DNA of 63,685 nucleotides, counting the filler, from Globobulimina sp. (taxonomy: Eukaryota), in assembly GCA_003354225.1 (NCBI GenBank). It is 20 parts of 20 records of this genome, joined end to end, with 100 filler letters (N's around TTAATTAATTAA, not from the genome) between each part and the next. Parts side by side here need not be neighbours in the genome. Positions count along the whole stretch, not along the records: positions 60,601 to 63,685 come from PIVH01003768.1; 19 more parts are not named here. One strand, 5' to 3'. Of this stretch, positions 61,596-63,685 are shown in pieces (the stretch's first letter is position 1; each line of letters begins with the position of its first letter). Below the pieces are notes generated by a model. That model was not told the origin of the DNA, searched no databases, and saw only the letters and a list, made by a program, of their open reading frames with translations. The translations under genes and the position numbers were made by a program.

Positions 61596-63551
61596 TTATA
61601 TTTTATTGTAATCATTCTTGATCCATTTGCTCCATTGAGGTGTTGATGAAAGTAAATCAGTAACTTTATCCTTGAATAAATGGTAAGTGGCAACCATAAG
61701 GATCCAATACAGCGCATACACGGCAGCACCAGCACAACAGACATATATTTCTCTTGCATTCCAGACAAATTGAACATAATCTTCAAAGAATGCTTGTTTA
61801 ATGACAGTATAGCCGACACCAATCAGAATGATACTGCTCCAAATACATAATGGAATTAATGGTTCCAAATTTAAAACCCTGTTTAACCGGCCAGAAGTGC
61901 CCCATTTCTTTTTATTCATAGTGCAGATAGCATATATTTTCGCAGGTAACAATGAAGTCATATACAACCAGCTGTACATAGACATAAATATAAGTCTCCA
62001 TTCTTTTCGAATAAGTGCCGCAAAGAAACTTTTGAGTAAACCAACAGTTTGAATCAATAGAAGCATATAAATAACAGTCCATGTTCGCGACGAATATGCG
62101 ACTTTAATACATGTAGCAATAATAAAGAAATGGAACAATCCGGTTATCATCATTTCGTAAACCAACCAGAAAGAATGTTTGTGAACCCACATTAAATTAT
62201 AAAACCATTCACGATAAAAGGATTTGGACCATCTAATTTGTTGATTAAACCATCGGAAATAAGTAGCCGGTGTCTCAGTCATACACGAGGCATTTGCACA
62301 GTATTTAGTGGCATAGCCACATTGTAAAATTCGATTCGTTAAATGGCGATCCTCTCCAAACGTACAGGTAGTTCCTAAAAACTTTTGGTCTGACCATTCA
62401 GGTAAACATTCATTTAATACACTCATTCGATATAATCCGTATGGTCCACTGATACAACCAACAGTTCCCCAAAATGACTGTGCTGCGCGTTCAATATGAA
62501 AGGCCATTTCATAACGGCACGCAGATAAAAATGTCATTAATGACTCTTTAGCATTTAAGATGCCAACAAAGCCTCCAATGGCACCAGTTAACGGTTCATG
62601 TTCCATAATATTTACCAGATGTTGTAAGCCGGCTGGATCAAATATAGTATCACTGTCAGTTACTAAAATATAATCACATTTCATTGCTTTTAAAATTCGA
62701 AAACCAGACATCATAACATCGCGTTTCCCATTCCATTTTTGATAAATACAACAATGATTATATGTATCAGCTGCAGTTTTAACTTGATCTAAAAAAGATG
62801 TCCATCCATCATCCTTCATAGGACAGTTTGGGTAATAACGACCATAATATTTCCAACCAAATGTTAATGTTTTATATTCGCACATAATCTCTTCAAATAT
62901 GTTGACCATATATTCATCTGCATCTTGATTACCATCAATACATAAACAAATATGTATTTTTTCTGCTGGATAGGAAAAGGATAATAAAGATTGCAAACAC
63001 CATCGTAAATATTGCGGATCTTCTTTGTAACAACTAATTTGAATACCAATTGTTGGCCACTTACTACGATCCGACGGTAATGAATGTTCCGCGAGAAAGG
63101 CGTTAGTTCGATGATTATTTAACATTGCACTCAAATGTTGCATTACCATATGAACCATCACTGCACAGCCATACAATTGTAAGGCAGCATAATAATATTG
63201 TGCTGTCACGAATGTTTCGCCAATCCAATACATTAAAATAATTGAACCAACGCATGCTACTCCAAATAGGTAAACCGATATTGTTCGGAGATAGAATGTA
63301 AAATATTCAAAGCATGACGCTCTTACAGGTAATGATGATCTGAATTCATTTGATCTACGACGTGAACCTGTTTTGGGTAAATGGTGCCATGGTTGCCATT
63401 CTGCCCCAGTCTCACATTCATTGTTACAAATATGATTCTGTTCTGTTGCTTCGCATTCAATCATTTGATTCATTTCAATGGCAATATCAGCCATATCACA
63501 ATTGTGATTCTCTTCTTCCAATTCAGACTCTTCTTTGTTATTATTTATCAT
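61596..63551 (-). CDS. HAS: Class I hyaluronan-synthase-like processive GT2
   Basis: YKED, IDGN, WNGKRDVM, TDSDT, ERAAQS, CISGP, GEDRHLTNR, TETP, QQIRWSKS, SLLPAK and WGTSGR. N- and C-terminal TMs. Intronless, probable ATG at 63551. Confidence 0.88.
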   Translation of the reverse strand: MINNNKEESELEEENHNCDMADIAIEMNQMIECEATEQNHICNNECETGAEWQPWHHLPKTGSRRRSNEFRSSLPVRASCFEYFTFYLRTISVYLFGVACVGSIILMYWIGETFVTAQYYYAALQLYGCAVMVHMVMQHLSAMLNNHRTNAFLAEHSLPSDRSKWPTIGIQISCYKEDPQYLRWCLQSLLSFSYPAEKIHICLCIDGNQDADEYMVNIFEEIMCEYKTLTFGWKYYGRYYPNCPMKDDGWTSFLDQVKTAADTYNHCCIYQKWNGKRDVMMSGFRILKAMKCDYILVTDSDTIFDPAGLQHLVNIMEHEPLTGAIGGFVGILNAKESLMTFLSACRYEMAFHIERAAQSFWGTVGCISGPYGLYRMSVLNECLPEWSDQKFLGTTCTFGEDRHLTNRILQCGYATKYCANASCMTETPATYFRWFNQQIRWSKSFYREWFYNLMWVHKHSFWLVYEMMITGLFHFFIIATCIKVAYSSRTWTVIYMLLLIQTVGLLKSFFAALIRKEWRLIFMSMYSWLYMTSLLPAKIYAICTMNKKKWGTSGRLNRVLNLEPLIPLCIWSSIILIGVGYTVIKQAFFEDYVQFVWNAREIYVCCAGAAVYALYWILMVATYHLFKDKVTDLLSSTPQWSKWIKNDYNKI

Positions 63552-63685
63552 TCTTTTTATTGTATTGTAAAGTGCTAAAAGTGGAAAGAAACTATTAATA
63601 GAAACTAAATATAGATACCGTTTGTATAAAGTATAAAGTATAAAATATGTCAACCATAATCACTTTCATAATCATATAATCGCAG

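Noticed and set aside
9582-63551. Apparent glycan pathway cluster (sialidase-like, NAL-like pair, CBM9-like, PQQ-like, HAS-like)
   Set aside because: The genes are on separate contigs ordered only by length, so co-occurrence is not linkage. At most it suggests a glycan-rich gene repertoire.

Overview
This is not a contiguous locus. It is 20 unrelated contigs sorted by length (3094 down to 3085 bp), joined by an artificial 100-nt spacer (N44-TTAATTAATTAA-N44), so adjacency across spacers means nothing. The DNA is from an AT-rich, very gene-dense eukaryote with short GT-AG introns (mostly 50-70 nt) and the standard code. The protein families look like Rhizaria/Foraminifera, which is an inference from family style, not a marker gene. 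Recognisable genes include an R-SNARE, a PH-CaMK kinase, legumain, ENPP, ArfGAP, RCC1-like, PI3K, SLC10A7, TLDc, RPN7, histones H3 and H2A (both missed by the ORF track), ECO1, a CBM9-like protein, an M14 peptidase, cold-shock proteins and a SET protein. The most notable items are: (1) an intron-containing multi-pass membrane protein ending in a degenerate bacterial-type GGDEF domain; (2) a GT2 enzyme matching vertebrate-type hyaluronan synthases motif for motif; (3) an intron made almost entirely of an inverted-repeat element (Introner-like), plus several TA-flanked MITE-like elements; (4) a head-to-head pair of secreted or membrane-anchored N-acetylneuraminate-lyase-like paralogs; (5) an ADP-ribosyltransferase-like protein; (6) a gene whose introns multiplied by internal exon+intron duplication. 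All family calls come from reading motifs by eye; no searches were run.
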